A DNA stretch of 64,000 nucleotides from Collinsella sp. (GCA_018378775.1 JAGZWV010000003.1:26898-90897); one strand, 5' to 3'. Positions 19,650 through 29,775 are shown, numbered from the stretch's first letter. Translations and numbers: made by a program. The notes: generated by a model from the letters alone, not told the origin.

Positions 19650-20375
19650 TTAGCCGATGCAAGTCCAGTTGACGGGGGTCGAGCCGTGCTGTTCGAGTAG
19701 CCGATTGGCAGCGGAGAAGGGGCGCGATCCCATAAAGGCCGGGAGCTCCGCCGTGGCTCGGTTGGCCGAAAGCGGGGAGGGATGCGTGGACGCCAGGCAG
19801 AACTTACCGGTCGCTTCGCCAGCCCCGGTCGCGACGAGCTTGCCTTCGACCATCTGCTGGGCAAAGCGGCCCCATGCCAAAAAGACTATCGGTTGGGGCA
19901 ACTGGCAGCAGCGTTCGATAACATAGTTGGTGAGCGTGCTCCAGCCCAGTTTGGCATGCGAGTTGGCGGCATGCTCGCGCACGGTGAGCGTAGTGTTGAG
20001 GAGCAGGACGCCCTGCAGCGCCCATGGGGTTAGGTCTCCCGTGGCGGGAATGGGGCAGCCCAGATCGGCTTTGAGTTCCTTGAAAATGTTGCGCAGGCTC
20101 GGCGGCAACTTGGTTTGCGTCGCGGGGACCGAGAACGACAGTCCCATTGCCTGGTTGGGTCCGTGATAGGGGTCTTGACCCAAGATGACAACCTTGACCT
20201 GGTCGGCCGGCGTGTAGGCGAGGGCATTGAGGATGTCGTCTTGTGCCGGGTAGATGGTCTGCTCGGCACGCAAAAGGGCGATGCGCTCGAGCAGCTGGTT
20301 CGTAGTGTCACGTACCGACTGCGGCGCATCGCCCAACCAAGTTGCTATGTTGCGGTCGCGGGTTACGGTGTCCAT
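19650..20375 (-). CDS. ung: uracil-DNA glycosylase (family 1)
   Basis: VVILGQDPYHGPNQAMGLSFSV (GQDPYH water-activating loop), LLLNTTLTV, HPSPLSA: UNG signatures. Confidence 0.85.
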   Translation of the reverse strand: MDTVTRDRNIATWLGDAPQSVRDTTNQLLERIALLRAEQTIYPAQDDILNALAYTPADQVKVVILGQDPYHGPNQAMGLSFSVPATQTKLPPSLRNIFKELKADLGCPIPATGDLTPWALQGVLLLNTTLTVREHAANSHAKLGWSTLTNYVIERCCQLPQPIVFLAWGRFAQQMVEGKLVATGAGEATGKFCLASTHPSPLSANRATAELPAFMGSRPFSAANRLLEQHGSTPVNWTCIG

Positions 20376-20463
20376 GGGGCTCCTTTATGGCAGATGCTCT
20401 GTTGGCATCTATTGTAAAGGCGCACCGGTTGCCTTTATGCCGCGGCTGCATAAGGAGTGGGGT

Positions 20464-21366
20464 CTACGAGACGTGCTCGGGCGCTCCTGCCATGCGAGCC
20501 TGTCCATGTGCGCGGAGGCGCGGAAGCTCGACGGTTGCCACCATGACGCCGGTGAGGATGAGAGCGGCGCCAAAGAAGGCGATGGGGCTCAGGACTTCGC
20601 CAACCAAGAAGAACGAGAAGACCGCGGAGCAAACCGGCTCCAGCGAGAAGGCAAAGCCCGTGGTCTCGGCGGGAACATGGGGCTGCACGATTGTTTGGGT
20701 AATGAAGCCGTAGGCAGAGCAGATGAGTGCGAGTGCGACGACAACGACGATCTCGCTCGGCGTGCCGGGAAGCGTGAAACCGCCAAAGGTGAATGCGGCG
20801 ATACCCGAGAACAAGCCTCCGAAGCCCAACTGCCAAACGCCCAGAGCCAGCGGGTCGACATCTTCGACAAAGCGCTTCGCCACAATGATATGGCCGGCAT
20901 AGACAAAAGCGGAGAGCAGCATGATGAGCGCGCCCGGGTTCAGGCTGGTAAAGTCGGCGCCCGAGAGCAGCAACATACCGCAGGTGACGATGGTAGTGCC
21001 GACGAGCACTTTGCGTTCGGGGGCGCGGCGCAGCAAGGCGGCGTTGGCAAACGGCACGATCACGACCGTCAGGCTCTGCAAAAAGCCGGCAGTGGAGGCA
21101 GAGGTGAGGCTGGAGCCCAGGCACATGCAGGTGAGTTCGGTTGCCATAATGGCGCCGATGATGGCGGCGCGGACCATAAGGTCGCGGTTAATGCGGAAAG
21201 CGCGCTTGTGGAAGAGCAATAGGCAGGCCACAAAGGCGATGATGCAGCGTAGCGCGACGATGCTCGTGGCGTTCATGCTGTCCATGCCGATCTTCATGAG
21301 GGGGTACGAAAAGCCCCATGCGACGGGAACGGAAAATGAGAGCGCGATTGCTTTTTTGCGATCCAT
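20464..21366 (-). CDS. EamA/DMT-superfamily transporter
   Basis: 300 aa, 10 TM, two EamA-like halves; divergently paired with a LysR regulator. Confidence 0.75.
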   Translation of the reverse strand: MDRKKAIALSFSVPVAWGFSYPLMKIGMDSMNATSIVALRCIIAFVACLLLFHKRAFRINRDLMVRAAIIGAIMATELTCMCLGSSLTSASTAGFLQSLTVVIVPFANAALLRRAPERKVLVGTTIVTCGMLLLSGADFTSLNPGALIMLLSAFVYAGHIIVAKRFVEDVDPLALGVWQLGFGGLFSGIAAFTFGGFTLPGTPSEIVVVVALALICSAYGFITQTIVQPHVPAETTGFAFSLEPVCSAVFSFFLVGEVLSPIAFFGAALILTGVMVATVELPRLRAHGQARMAGAPEHVS

Positions 21367-21524
21367 GGGATTCCTTTTGTTACAGAACGGTTTCGTAAAA
21401 AGGATTCTGCTCCCAGATGTGGATGTAGTAAAGCGAATGTATCTTCAGTATGATTAAGAAACGCTAATGTTGACAGAGAAAAGCCTGGCAAAACGTTTTA
21501 CGGCTACATCGATGTGGAGGCACG

Positions 21525-22391
21525 ATGGCATCGCGGTACCAGATTGTTTGTATGGTGGTCGATCGCGGCAGTCTGAAACGTGCTGCGGACGAGCTGGGCT
21601 ATACGCAAAGTGCGGTGAGCCAGGCCGTCAAGGCGCTCGAGCGCGAGCTGGGCACCACGATTATCGAGCGTGGCAAGCAGGGTGTGTCGCTTACGCGCGA
21701 CGGCAAGCAGTACCTGCCGTATCTGCGCCAAATCGTAACTGCCGAGGCCGAGCTTGAGGGCAAGCGCCAGGAGCTGCTGGGCCTTTCGTCGACCGATATT
21801 CGTATCGCGACGTTTACCAACGTGAGTCGCACCGTGCTGCCGCGTGTGATCCGCGACTTTGGGGCGCTGCACCCGGGCGTGCGCTTTACCCTCAAGCAGG
21901 GCGATTACACGCGCAACGCCCAGTGGGTGCACGATGGCGTGGTTGATTTTTGTTTTACGGCACGCGGATTTACCACTGGGCTCGAGAAGCGCGTGGTCTA
22001 TCACGACGAGTTGGTGGCACTGTTGCCTGTCGGGCATCCGCTGGCGGCAAAGGAAAAGATGACGCTCGCCGACCTGGCGTCCGAGCCGTTTGTGCTGCTG
22101 GATGAGGGCGAACAGAGCCTGGTGCTCGATGCATTCGCAACGCACGGGCTGTCGCCGCACGTGACGAGTGAGGTGACCGATGACTACACCATCATGGCGA
22201 TGGTGGAGGAGGGCCTAGGCGTGAGCATGCTCTACAGTCGTACTGTGGAGGGCATGCGAGCCGATATTTGTGTGCGGCCCATCGTGCATGCCCCCTCGCG
22301 CGACGTGGTGGCTGCCTGGCGCAGCTGGGACACCATGCCCATCGCCACGAGGCGCTTTATCGACTATATGAGCTCACATATTGTCAATTAA
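21525..22391 (+). CDS. LysR-family transcriptional regulator
   Basis: MASRYQIVCMVVDRGSLKRAADELGYTQSAVSQAVKALEREL N-terminal HTH plus LysR substrate-binding domain. Confidence 0.85.
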   Translation: MASRYQIVCMVVDRGSLKRAADELGYTQSAVSQAVKALERELGTTIIERGKQGVSLTRDGKQYLPYLRQIVTAEAELEGKRQELLGLSSTDIRIATFTNVSRTVLPRVIRDFGALHPGVRFTLKQGDYTRNAQWVHDGVVDFCFTARGFTTGLEKRVVYHDELVALLPVGHPLAAKEKMTLADLASEPFVLLDEGEQSLVLDAFATHGLSPHVTSEVTDDYTIMAMVEEGLGVSMLYSRTVEGMRADICVRPIVHAPSRDVVAAWRSWDTMPIATRRFIDYMSSHIVN

Positions 22392-22418
22392 TGACTGGCG
22401 TGGCGTTGAGTGCGGTGT

Positions 22419-23801
22419 TTAGCGGGCTGTCGCTTTGGCTTGGGTGGCGCGATAGGTGCGTGCCGGGTGGCAGAGTAGTACCGCCACGACCATAAAGAAC
22501 GCCGTGGTGCCCAGGCTGATGGGATAGACCATCATGATGTTCGCAAAGGTGCGGAAGTGCGGGAACACGCAGAACACCCAATAGAAGCGGATGCCACAGA
22601 CGCAGATCATGGTGATGAGGGCGGGCGTGAGCGAGATACCAAAGCCGCGCAGGTAGCCTGACATGTTTTCGTAGAACATGCTAAAGGCGTACGCCGGGAA
22701 GATCGAGCACACGCGGATATAGCCGATCGAGACGATATTGGGATCGCTGTTGAACAGCGATAGGATCTCGCGCCCCAAGCCGACAATAACGATAATTGTG
22801 GTGAGCGCGACGATACCACCTTCGACCAGGCAGACCTTGAGCGTTTTGGTGCAGCGGTCGATCTGGCGGGCACCGTGGTTTTGTCCCACAAAGGTGGTGC
22901 AAGCCTGGCTAAAGCTGTTGAGCAGGTTGTAGCACACATACTCTAGACTCATGGCGGCGCTCGATGCCGCCATGACTTCGGTGCCCAGGCTGTTGATGGC
23001 AGACTGGATGATGATGTTGGCGACGGCAAAGACGGCGCTTTGGATGCCGGCGGGCAGGCCGATCTTGACGATGCGCTTGAGGGCGACGGGGTCGATAGCC
23101 AGGTCGCGTAGGGTGACGCGGACGACGGAGTCGGTCTTGAGCAGGCGGATAAAGAGTGTAGCGGCACTGACGGTGTAGGCGATGGCGGTGGCGATGGCGA
23201 CGCCCGCGACGCCCCAGTGGAGTACGGGGACAAAGATGAGATCCAGACCAATGTTGAGGACGGTGGACACTGCAAGCGCCTGCAGCGGCATGCGGGTGAT
23301 GCCGACGGAGCGGAAGATCGCGGCCTCAAAGTTGTAGAGCAAGATCGAGGGCATGCTCAGCAAAAAGACGCGCAGGTAGAGCGAAGCGAGCGGCATGGTC
23401 TCGGCGGGAACGTTGAGCGCGGCGAGCATGGGCTCGGCAAAGATCTCGCCCAGTGCGATGACGACAAAGCCCACGAGCGCCATTAAAATCGAGGTATGGA
23501 CGGCGCGTTTGACCATGTTCTGATCGTTGCGGCCGATAGCGTTGGCGATGACCACGTTGGAGCCAAGCGACATGCCAATAAACAGGTTGAGCATAAGACT
23601 GGTAAGCGGAACATTGGAGCCAACTGCCGCCATGGCGAGGGTTCCCTGGTCGCCCGAGAAGTTACCGATGATGACCGTGGCGATGAGGTTCGACAGCTGC
23701 TCCAAGATGCTCGTGGCGGCCACGGGGAAGGCGAATAGGGGAATATTGCGCCACAGCGAGCCGGTGGTCATGTCAATGTGCTTAGATACGGTGTCAGCCA
23801 T
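22419..23801 (-). CDS. MATE-family multidrug efflux transporter
   Basis: 460 aa, 12 TM; N-terminal LWRNIPLFAFPVAATSILEQLSNLIATVIIGNFSG typical of MatE/NorM. Confidence 0.85.
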   Translation of the reverse strand: MADTVSKHIDMTTGSLWRNIPLFAFPVAATSILEQLSNLIATVIIGNFSGDQGTLAMAAVGSNVPLTSLMLNLFIGMSLGSNVVIANAIGRNDQNMVKRAVHTSILMALVGFVVIALGEIFAEPMLAALNVPAETMPLASLYLRVFLLSMPSILLYNFEAAIFRSVGITRMPLQALAVSTVLNIGLDLIFVPVLHWGVAGVAIATAIAYTVSAATLFIRLLKTDSVVRVTLRDLAIDPVALKRIVKIGLPAGIQSAVFAVANIIIQSAINSLGTEVMAASSAAMSLEYVCYNLLNSFSQACTTFVGQNHGARQIDRCTKTLKVCLVEGGIVALTTIIVIVGLGREILSLFNSDPNIVSIGYIRVCSIFPAYAFSMFYENMSGYLRGFGISLTPALITMICVCGIRFYWVFCVFPHFRTFANIMMVYPISLGTTAFFMVVAVLLCHPARTYRATQAKATAR

Positions 23802-23865
23802 ACGCTCTCAATCTCTAACATGCTATTTCGTGCTTATTTGCGCAGACGATGATACTCCTAATCGA

Positions 23866-23945
23866 CTAGTCATTGGGGACGTTCTAAAACGATTAGTCAT
23901 TCAAGAACGTCTCCAATGACTAGGTGGGGAAGGCGTGCGACAATG
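23866..23945. promoter_or_regulatory. second copy of the TAGTCATTGGGGACGTTCT palindromic element with GGCGTG-GACAAT box
   Basis: TAGTCATTGGGGACGTTCT-aaaacgat-TAGTCATTCAAGAACGTCTCCAATGACTA then GGGAAGGCGTGCGACAAT, 37 bp before the RlmA-like ATG and divergent from the MATE gene. Confidence 0.5.
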
Positions 23946-23979
23946 GTGGGCGTTGTGTAGTTCGCGCTAAGGAGTTGCC

Positions 23980-24795
23980 ATGTTGTTGTGTCCTGTTTGC
24001 CATGAACCGTTGGTGGATGACGAACGTGGTGCTGCATGCGCGGGCGGACACCGGTTTGACCGTGCGCGCGAGGGCTATCTATATCTGCTGCGCTCGTCCA
24101 AGAGCGGCGACTCCATGGGCGATCCCAAGTCGCAGGCGCGCAGTCGTCGTGATTTTCTGAACCGTGGATACTACGCGCCGTTGCGCGATGCGATGGTTGA
24201 GCTGGTGCGCAAGCAGGTGTCTGGGCGTGCCACGTCTACGGATGGTTCCATGACGCTGCTCGATATTTGCTGCGGTGAGGGCTATTACACGAGTGCCCTG
24301 GGCGCGGTGCCGGGCGTGGACGCTTACGGGTTCGACTTGGGCAAAGAGATGGTGCGCCTGGCCGCCAAGCGCGGCGATGCGACCTACTTCGTGGCCAACA
24401 TGAAGGACATCCCCGTGGCCGATGGCGCCTTCGATATGGTGACCGAACTCTTTGCTCCCTTTAACGAGCGCGAGTTTGCCCGCGTGCTGGCGCCAGAGGG
24501 TTCACTCTATACCGTGGTACCGGGTGCTCGTCATCTCTTTGGGCTCAAAGAGGTGCTCTACGACACGCCGTACCTTAACGATGAGAAGCTGCCGAAGACC
24601 ACCGAGCTCGAGTTGGTCGGAACGCAGCGGGTATCTGCGAATATTACGCTTCAGACCCAGGCCGACATCGAGGCGGTGTTCCAGATGACGCCGTACTACT
24701 ACCGCACACGCCCTGCCGATAAAGAGCGTCTGGCAAACCTCGATACTCTTCAGACCGACATCGACTACATCATCGCCGAATACCGCCACAGCTAA
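23980..24795 (+). CDS. rlmA: 23S rRNA (guanine745-N1)-methyltransferase RlmA/RrmA-like (Zn-ribbon + class I SAM MTase)
   Basis: N-terminal CPVCHEPL...CAGGHRFD zinc ribbon, YLYLL, DICCGEGYY SAM motif I; RlmA family layout. Confidence 0.7.
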   Translation: MLLCPVCHEPLVDDERGAACAGGHRFDRAREGYLYLLRSSKSGDSMGDPKSQARSRRDFLNRGYYAPLRDAMVELVRKQVSGRATSTDGSMTLLDICCGEGYYTSALGAVPGVDAYGFDLGKEMVRLAAKRGDATYFVANMKDIPVADGAFDMVTELFAPFNEREFARVLAPEGSLYTVVPGARHLFGLKEVLYDTPYLNDEKLPKTTELELVGTQRVSANITLQTQADIEAVFQMTPYYYRTRPADKERLANLDTLQTDIDYIIAEYRHS

Positions 24796-24830
24796 CCTAC
24801 CAAAAAGGGACAGGTTTATTTTGGTAGGTT
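24796..24830. terminator. AAAGGGACAG-core palindromic hairpin (terminator-like) after rlmA
   Basis: ACCTACCAAAAAGGGACAGGTTTATTTTGGTAGGT immediately after the stop; second conventional terminator hairpin at 24847-24885 (GGGCCGACCGCGG...CGCGATCGGCCC TTTTT). Confidence 0.6.
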
Positions 24831-24920
24831 TTATCTGGGCAAACGTAAAGGGCCGACCGCGGAGATGCGCGATCGGCCCTTTTTAGTTGCTTGGCTGCAG
24901 AGGTTATGAGAAGCGAGCGC

Positions 24921-25322
24921 TTACAGGCGGTCCTTGTTCTCGGCCTTAACGGCGTGTGCCTGCTGGACAAAGAACAGGTCGTACACCACGATGACAAAGG
25001 CGCCAAAGTTGATGGCGTCGCCGCCAAACGCGGGAAGCGTGGGCACCGCTTGGGCAAGCGTGGCGACCGCGGCAACAATACCGAGCTTAAACGCGCCGTC
25101 CACCTGCGAAGGCTTGTTGGCGCCCTTGACACCGGCGACGCCTGCAGCAAGGTCGACGAGACCCTTGGCGATAAGCACGACCGCTGCGAGCGTGGCGTAC
25201 GAACCGTACGTGGAATCGAGACCGCCCGTGGCGATACCGACGCCGGCGGTGACGAGGCTGGCGATGCCCAAAACAAAGTAGATGAGAGCAAGGATTTTGA
25301 GAGTCTTGCGAGTGAAGCTCAT
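24921..25322 (-). CDS. hypothetical small membrane protein (4 TM)
   Basis: From internal ATG: MSFTRKTLKILALIYFVLGIASLVTAGVGIATGG...; hydrophobic, no recognisable family from sequence alone. Confidence 0.4.
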   Translation of the reverse strand: MSFTRKTLKILALIYFVLGIASLVTAGVGIATGGLDSTYGSYATLAAVVLIAKGLVDLAAGVAGVKGANKPSQVDGAFKLGIVAAVATLAQAVPTLPAFGGDAINFGAFVIVVYDLFFVQQAHAVKAENKDRL

Positions 25323-25549
25323 GGCTGGTCCTTTCGATACGAGTACGCCAACTTGGCGCACCCAATGTACTGCACATATGGTGAAGCACATTGTAGTTCA
25401 ACGGGGCGATGCATGCGTTTGAAAGCGTCTCTTGCCTGTGCGGTCCAACCTTTCAAAAAGGAAAGCTGGGCGTAAGCCAAATCGATGGCAGCGTATGCGC
25501 GGCGCTGCGATGATGGGGCCATGGTAAGAGCTAGACCGAAGGAGGAACC

Positions 25550-25693
25550 ATGATGTACGGAGCAGGGCAGGTACGTGAGGCGCGGTCGTTGGGAAGGCGC
25601 ATGAGTGATTCCGTGATCGCTACTGTGTGCACGGGATTGATGGCGGTGCTTTGTATTGCGATGCTGTGGGCCATGTCGCATGTGGGACAATAG
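25550..25693 (+). CDS. unannotated small ORF, 47-aa single-TM peptide
   Basis: Perfect SD GAAGGAGGA 5 nt upstream of ATG. MMYGAGQVREARSLGRRMSDSVIATVCTGLMAVLCIAMLWAMSHVGQ*; ends 60 bp before rsmJ-like gene (possible operon). Below the 60-aa cutoff of the supplied ORF track. Confidence 0.35.
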   Translation: MMYGAGQVREARSLGRRMSDSVIATVCTGLMAVLCIAMLWAMSHVGQ

Positions 25694-25756
25694 CGGACGG
25701 TTGGGTGCCGACACAAACGGCGCTCACGTATTCGTTTTGCTTGCTAAGGAGTACCC

Positions 25757-26461
25757 ATGGGCGTCGTCGATCCCTTTTCTGTTGCTCGGTCCGCGGGGCT
25801 TGAGCTGATCGGGAAGTCCGAGGGCCTCACACTCACCGATGGCACGATGGAGCTGCGTGCCGATTTTGGCCGCATGCTTCCACGGCTCAAGCAGGGCCGT
25901 CTGCAGCAAGAACTGCTGGTAAAGGCTGCGCGCGCAAAAGGCATCGAGAGCCCATGGGCGATTGACGCCACGGCAGGCTTTGGCGAGGATTCGCTGCTGC
26001 TGGCGGCCGCGGGCTTTACCGTCGATCTGTATGAGCAGGATTGCGTGATCGCGGCGCTCCTCAAGGATGCTTTGGATCGCGCGGCAGATGATCCGGCGCT
26101 TGCGACAGCCGTGGCGCGCATGCGCTTACATGCGGGCGAGGACAGCATTGCCGGCCTTCGCCATACGGCTGAGTTGATCGGGCAGGGCGAGCTTGCCGCT
26201 CCCGACGTGGTGTATCTGGACCCCATGTTTCCCGGGCGCACCAAGAGCGCGGCGGTTAAAAAGAAGTTCCAACTCTTGCACCATCTGGAACAGCCGTGCA
26301 CCGATGAGGAGACGCTGGTCGAAGCTGCGCTTGCGGTGCATCCGCGCAAGGTGGTTATCAAGCGACCGGTGAAGGGGCCGCTGCTTGCCGGCGTTAAGCC
26401 GAGCTATCAACTTGCGGGCAAGGCCGTTCGCTACGATGTTTTGGTGCCGCCGCGCCCGTAG
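25757..26461 (+). CDS. rsmJ: 16S rRNA (guanine1516-N2)-methyltransferase RsmJ-like class I SAM methyltransferase
   Basis: AIDATAGFGEDSLLLAAAGFTVDLYEQDCVIAALLKDAL matches RsmJ (YhiQ) motif VxDATAGLGRDAFxLA...ERNPVVAALL; VYLDPMFP. Confidence 0.65.
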   Translation: MGVVDPFSVARSAGLELIGKSEGLTLTDGTMELRADFGRMLPRLKQGRLQQELLVKAARAKGIESPWAIDATAGFGEDSLLLAAAGFTVDLYEQDCVIAALLKDALDRAADDPALATAVARMRLHAGEDSIAGLRHTAELIGQGELAAPDVVYLDPMFPGRTKSAAVKKKFQLLHHLEQPCTDEETLVEAALAVHPRKVVIKRPVKGPLLAGVKPSYQLAGKAVRYDVLVPPRP

Positions 26462-26509
26462 CTTGCGCGCGATAGGCGCCGCTCCGTCAGTGCCGTGCCG
26501 AAGCGGCGC

Positions 26510-26806
26510 CTATTTCCAAGGGTGCGACGTCAGGTGCCATCCGCCGCAGTATTCGCATTTGTAGCAGGCCAGCCCGCGGCGTCCGCGGTTTTCGCAGTCG
26601 GCCATAACTGCCTCGGCCTCGGCACGCGTGTCGTAACGGTTTTTGCGCTCGCACGACTTGTAGCGCCAGGCTTCATCGCGCTCGGCGTCCAGGGCGTCGC
26701 GGCGCTCGTCCTCGCGTGCAAACAGGTCGCTCATATCGCCGCCGGTGGCAGCGCCTAAAAACTCGCTTTTGGCCTTTGACCAGGCGGCTCGCTTTTTGCT
26801 TCCCAT
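26510..26806 (-). CDS. hypothetical Cys-rich small protein
   Basis: 98 aa from ATG 26806; C-terminal CYKCEYCGGWHL plus upstream Cys residues suggest a zinc-ribbon; no family assignable. Confidence 0.35.
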   Translation of the reverse strand: MGSKKRAAWSKAKSEFLGAATGGDMSDLFAREDERRDALDAERDEAWRYKSCERKNRYDTRAEAEAVMADCENRGRRGLACYKCEYCGGWHLTSHPWK

Positions 26807-26880
26807 CTGCTTCGCGCCCCTCTGCAAACGTTGGTATCATTGCTCAATCAAAGTGATACCAATAAACGTGAGGTCGCCGC

Positions 26881-27372
26881 GTGATGATCAGAAAAACCCT
26901 CGATACCGACACTCCCGCCGTCATGGCTATCTATGACGTGGCCCGCGCCTTTATGCGCGCGCATGGCAACGCCACGCAGTGGCCCGAGGGCACGCCTTCG
27001 GCCGAGCAGCTGGCTGCCGATATTGCCGCTGGTGGCAGTTACGTGTGCGAAGTCGACGGCCGCGTGGTGGCGACGTTTGCCTTTTTACCGGGTCCGGACG
27101 AGTGCTATGACGTCATTGAGGACGGTCAATGGCGCAGCGACACTCCGTATGCCGTGCTGCATCGCGTGGCATCCGACGGCACCGTGCACGGTATCGCGGC
27201 GGCGATGTTTGCCTTTGCCAAGGAATGCGCCGACCATCTGCGTATTGACACGCACGAGGACAACTTGCCCATGCAGGGCGCCATCGCCAAGGCGGGGTTC
27301 GAGCGTGTCGGTATCGTCTATGTGTCCGACGGCACGGCGCGTGTCGCGTTTGATTGGCTGCGCGAGGCGTAG
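26881..27372 (+). CDS. GNAT-family N-acetyltransferase
   Basis: 163 aa; acetyl-CoA binding region HRVASDGTVHGIAAAMFAFAKEC and C-terminal GFERVG typical of GNAT fold. Confidence 0.75.
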   Translation: MMIRKTLDTDTPAVMAIYDVARAFMRAHGNATQWPEGTPSAEQLAADIAAGGSYVCEVDGRVVATFAFLPGPDECYDVIEDGQWRSDTPYAVLHRVASDGTVHGIAAAMFAFAKECADHLRIDTHEDNLPMQGAIAKAGFERVGIVYVSDGTARVAFDWLREA

Positions 27373-27403
27373 GAGCCAAGGCACGTATCATCACCCAGCT
27401 CAA

Positions 27404-27436
27404 ATAAAAAATGGCCCCGAGTGGGGCCATTTTTGG
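27404..27436. terminator. rho-independent terminator
   Basis: AAAAAATGGCCCCGAGTGGGGCCATTTTTGG perfect hairpin flanked by A and T runs after the GNAT gene. Confidence 0.8.
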
Positions 27437-27678
27437 TAAAACGCGTCGTTGTGGGACTCGCATTGTTACCGCCCCAGATGAACCCGGGCAGACAAAAAGG
27501 GGAGGTGCCGGCTTTCGCAAGGCGCGAACCTACGAAAATCGCCGCGCGGCAACGCGGGGCGATGAGCTCGGTCGGGGGATAGGGCCCGCTTCGCCCACCG
27601 GCCCGTAAATTGTATCATCCAGTGTGGAGCGTGAACGCCCGTTGCCGCGTGCGATGGGCTTGCAATAAGAGGAGAGCC

Positions 27679-29682
27679 ATGTCGAAGCAAGCGGTCGTTG
27701 GAATCTTGGCGCATGTCGATGCCGGCAAGACCACGTTGGCCGAGGCCATGCTGTTCAACGCGGGCCGCATTCGCAAGCGTGGCCGCGTGGACGATGGCGA
27801 TTCGCATCTGGACACTAACACGATCGAGCGCGAGCGCGGCATCACGATTTTCTCGTCGCAGGCCGTGCTCGACCACGGCGATACCCACGTCATACTCGTG
27901 GATGCTCCCGGCCATGTCGATTTTTCTGCCGAGGCGGAGCGCACACTGCGTGCCCTGGACTACGCGATTCTGGTGGTGGGCGCCAACGATGGCGTGCAGG
28001 GGCACACCGAAACCCTGTGGCGCCTGCTTGCACGCTATGACATCCCGACGTTCATCTTCATCAACAAGATCGATTTGGAGAATCCCGGCCGCGATGTTTT
28101 GCTGGCACAGCTTGGGCAGCGTCTTTCCGAAGGCTGCCTGGATGCCAACGAACTGCTGGCGGGCGGTGCCGTTCAGGAGGACGCTGCTGCGTTGGACGAG
28201 GCGGCGCTCGAGGAGTTTCTTGAAGCGGGTGAGCTTTCCGTTGCAACGCTGTCGCGCATGGTTGCCGAGCGCAAGCTCTTTCCCTGTTTTGCCGGCTCGG
28301 CGCTCAAGGACCAGGGCGTGGACGAGCTGCTGGATGGTATATGCGCACTGATGCGTGAACGGGCATGGCACCCGGAGTTTGCCGCGTGCGTCTACCGTGT
28401 GAGCCGCGGGGATCGCGGCGAGCGCTTGGCATGGGTTAAAGTGACCGGCGGCACGCTGCATGCCAAACAGCTGATTAACGGACGTTCCGGCGCCGAGGCG
28501 TGGGAGCAAAAGATCGACCAGGTGCGCATCTATAACGGCGAGAAATACGAGCTTGCCCAGGAAGTTGCCGCTGGCGGCATCTGCACCGTGACGGGTCTTG
28601 CGCACGTTCGCCCGGGTGATGCCCTGGGCGCGGAGCCCGCGGGCGATACGCCCGTCATTGCGCCGGTCCTCACCTATACGGTGCTTCCGGGCGAACACGA
28701 TGTCCACGCGGTGTTCAAAGCGCTGACTGAGTTGGCGGACGAAGATCCCATGCTCGGCGTAAGCTGGAACACGCATCTTGAACAAATACATCTGCAGCTC
28801 ATGGGAGCGGTGCAGCTCGAGGTCGTGCAGCGCGTGCTGGCCGATCGTTTTGGCCTTGCGGTCGAGTTTGAGCCCGGCGGCATCCTCTTTAAGGAGACCA
28901 TTTCGCAGCCGGTCGAGGGCGTGGGCCACTTTGAGCCGCTGCGCCACTATGCCGAGGTACATCTGCGCTTGGAGCCGTTGTCGGCGGGCTCGGGCGTGCA
29001 GTTTGGCACCGTGACCTCGACCGACGAGCTCGATCTTAACTGGCAGCGTTTGGCGCTCACCAACGCTATGGAGCGCGATCACCTGGGCGTGCTGACCGGC
29101 TCGCCCATCACCGATGTGCGCATTACGCTCACAGGTGGTCGCGCGCATGCCAAACACACCGAGGGCGGCGATTTTCGCCAGGCCACGTACCGCGCGATTC
29201 GCCAGGGGCTCATGCAGGCGCGTGAAGCCGGCGCGGCGGTGCTGTTGGAGCCGTGGTATCGCTTTGAGCTCGAGGTGCCGGGGGAGTGCGTGGGCCGGGC
29301 GCTCTCGGATGCCACGCGCATGGATGCCGAGTACGAGCCGCCGGCGATGGCGGGGGACCGGGCGAAGCTTGTGGGTCGCGTGCCGGCATCCGAGGTGCAG
29401 GACTATGCCCTGGAGGTGGCTGCCTACACGAGCGGTCGCGGACATCTGTACCTGGAGTTCGCCGGCTATGCGGCTTGTCATGATGCCGAGCGCGTCATCG
29501 AGACTGCCGCCTATGAGCCAGAGGCCGATCTGCCCAACACGCCCGATTCGGTCTTTTGCTCTCACGGCGCCGGTTACACGGTCAAATGGTGCGACGTCCC
29601 CGCCGCAGCGCACGTAAAGGTCGATCCCGCCACCTTTCGCCCCTGGCGAGCAGCAGACGCGGAGTTTTTCGGCCACATGTAA
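27679..29682 (+). CDS. Tet(M)/Tet(O)-like ribosomal protection protein (translation-factor GTPase paralog)
   Basis: VGILAHVDAGKTTLAEAMLFNAGRIRKRGRVDDGDSHLDTNTIERERGITIFSS...DAPGHVDFSAEAERTLRALDYAILVVGANDGVQGHTETLWRLLARYDIPTFIFINKID closely parallels the Tet(M) G-domain; length 667 aa (TetM 639). Native-like GC. Preceded by a ~240-nt leader. Confidence 0.65.
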   Translation: MSKQAVVGILAHVDAGKTTLAEAMLFNAGRIRKRGRVDDGDSHLDTNTIERERGITIFSSQAVLDHGDTHVILVDAPGHVDFSAEAERTLRALDYAILVVGANDGVQGHTETLWRLLARYDIPTFIFINKIDLENPGRDVLLAQLGQRLSEGCLDANELLAGGAVQEDAAALDEAALEEFLEAGELSVATLSRMVAERKLFPCFAGSALKDQGVDELLDGICALMRERAWHPEFAACVYRVSRGDRGERLAWVKVTGGTLHAKQLINGRSGAEAWEQKIDQVRIYNGEKYELAQEVAAGGICTVTGLAHVRPGDALGAEPAGDTPVIAPVLTYTVLPGEHDVHAVFKALTELADEDPMLGVSWNTHLEQIHLQLMGAVQLEVVQRVLADRFGLAVEFEPGGILFKETISQPVEGVGHFEPLRHYAEVHLRLEPLSAGSGVQFGTVTSTDELDLNWQRLALTNAMERDHLGVLTGSPITDVRITLTGGRAHAKHTEGGDFRQATYRAIRQGLMQAREAGAAVLLEPWYRFELEVPGECVGRALSDATRMDAEYEPPAMAGDRAKLVGRVPASEVQDYALEVAAYTSGRGHLYLEFAGYAACHDAERVIETAAYEPEADLPNTPDSVFCSHGAGYTVKWCDVPAAAHVKVDPATFRPWRAADAEFFGHM

Positions 29683-29702
29683 CAAAGGGACAGCCCCTTT
29701 GT
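29682..29702. terminator. AAAGGGACAG-core hairpin after the Tet-like gene
   Basis: ACAAAGGGACAGCCCCTTTGT starting at the stop codon. Confidence 0.55.
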
Positions 29703-29775
29703 CATATGCTATTGGTATAACTCGGTACAAGTTGGTATAACTATTACCGGGGTTTGCCAATCCGAGGAGGCCGAC

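Noticed and set aside
18166-19662. 498-aa minus-strand ORF
   Set aside because: Spans antisense to two convincing + strand genes (yhhQ and SDR); no motifs.
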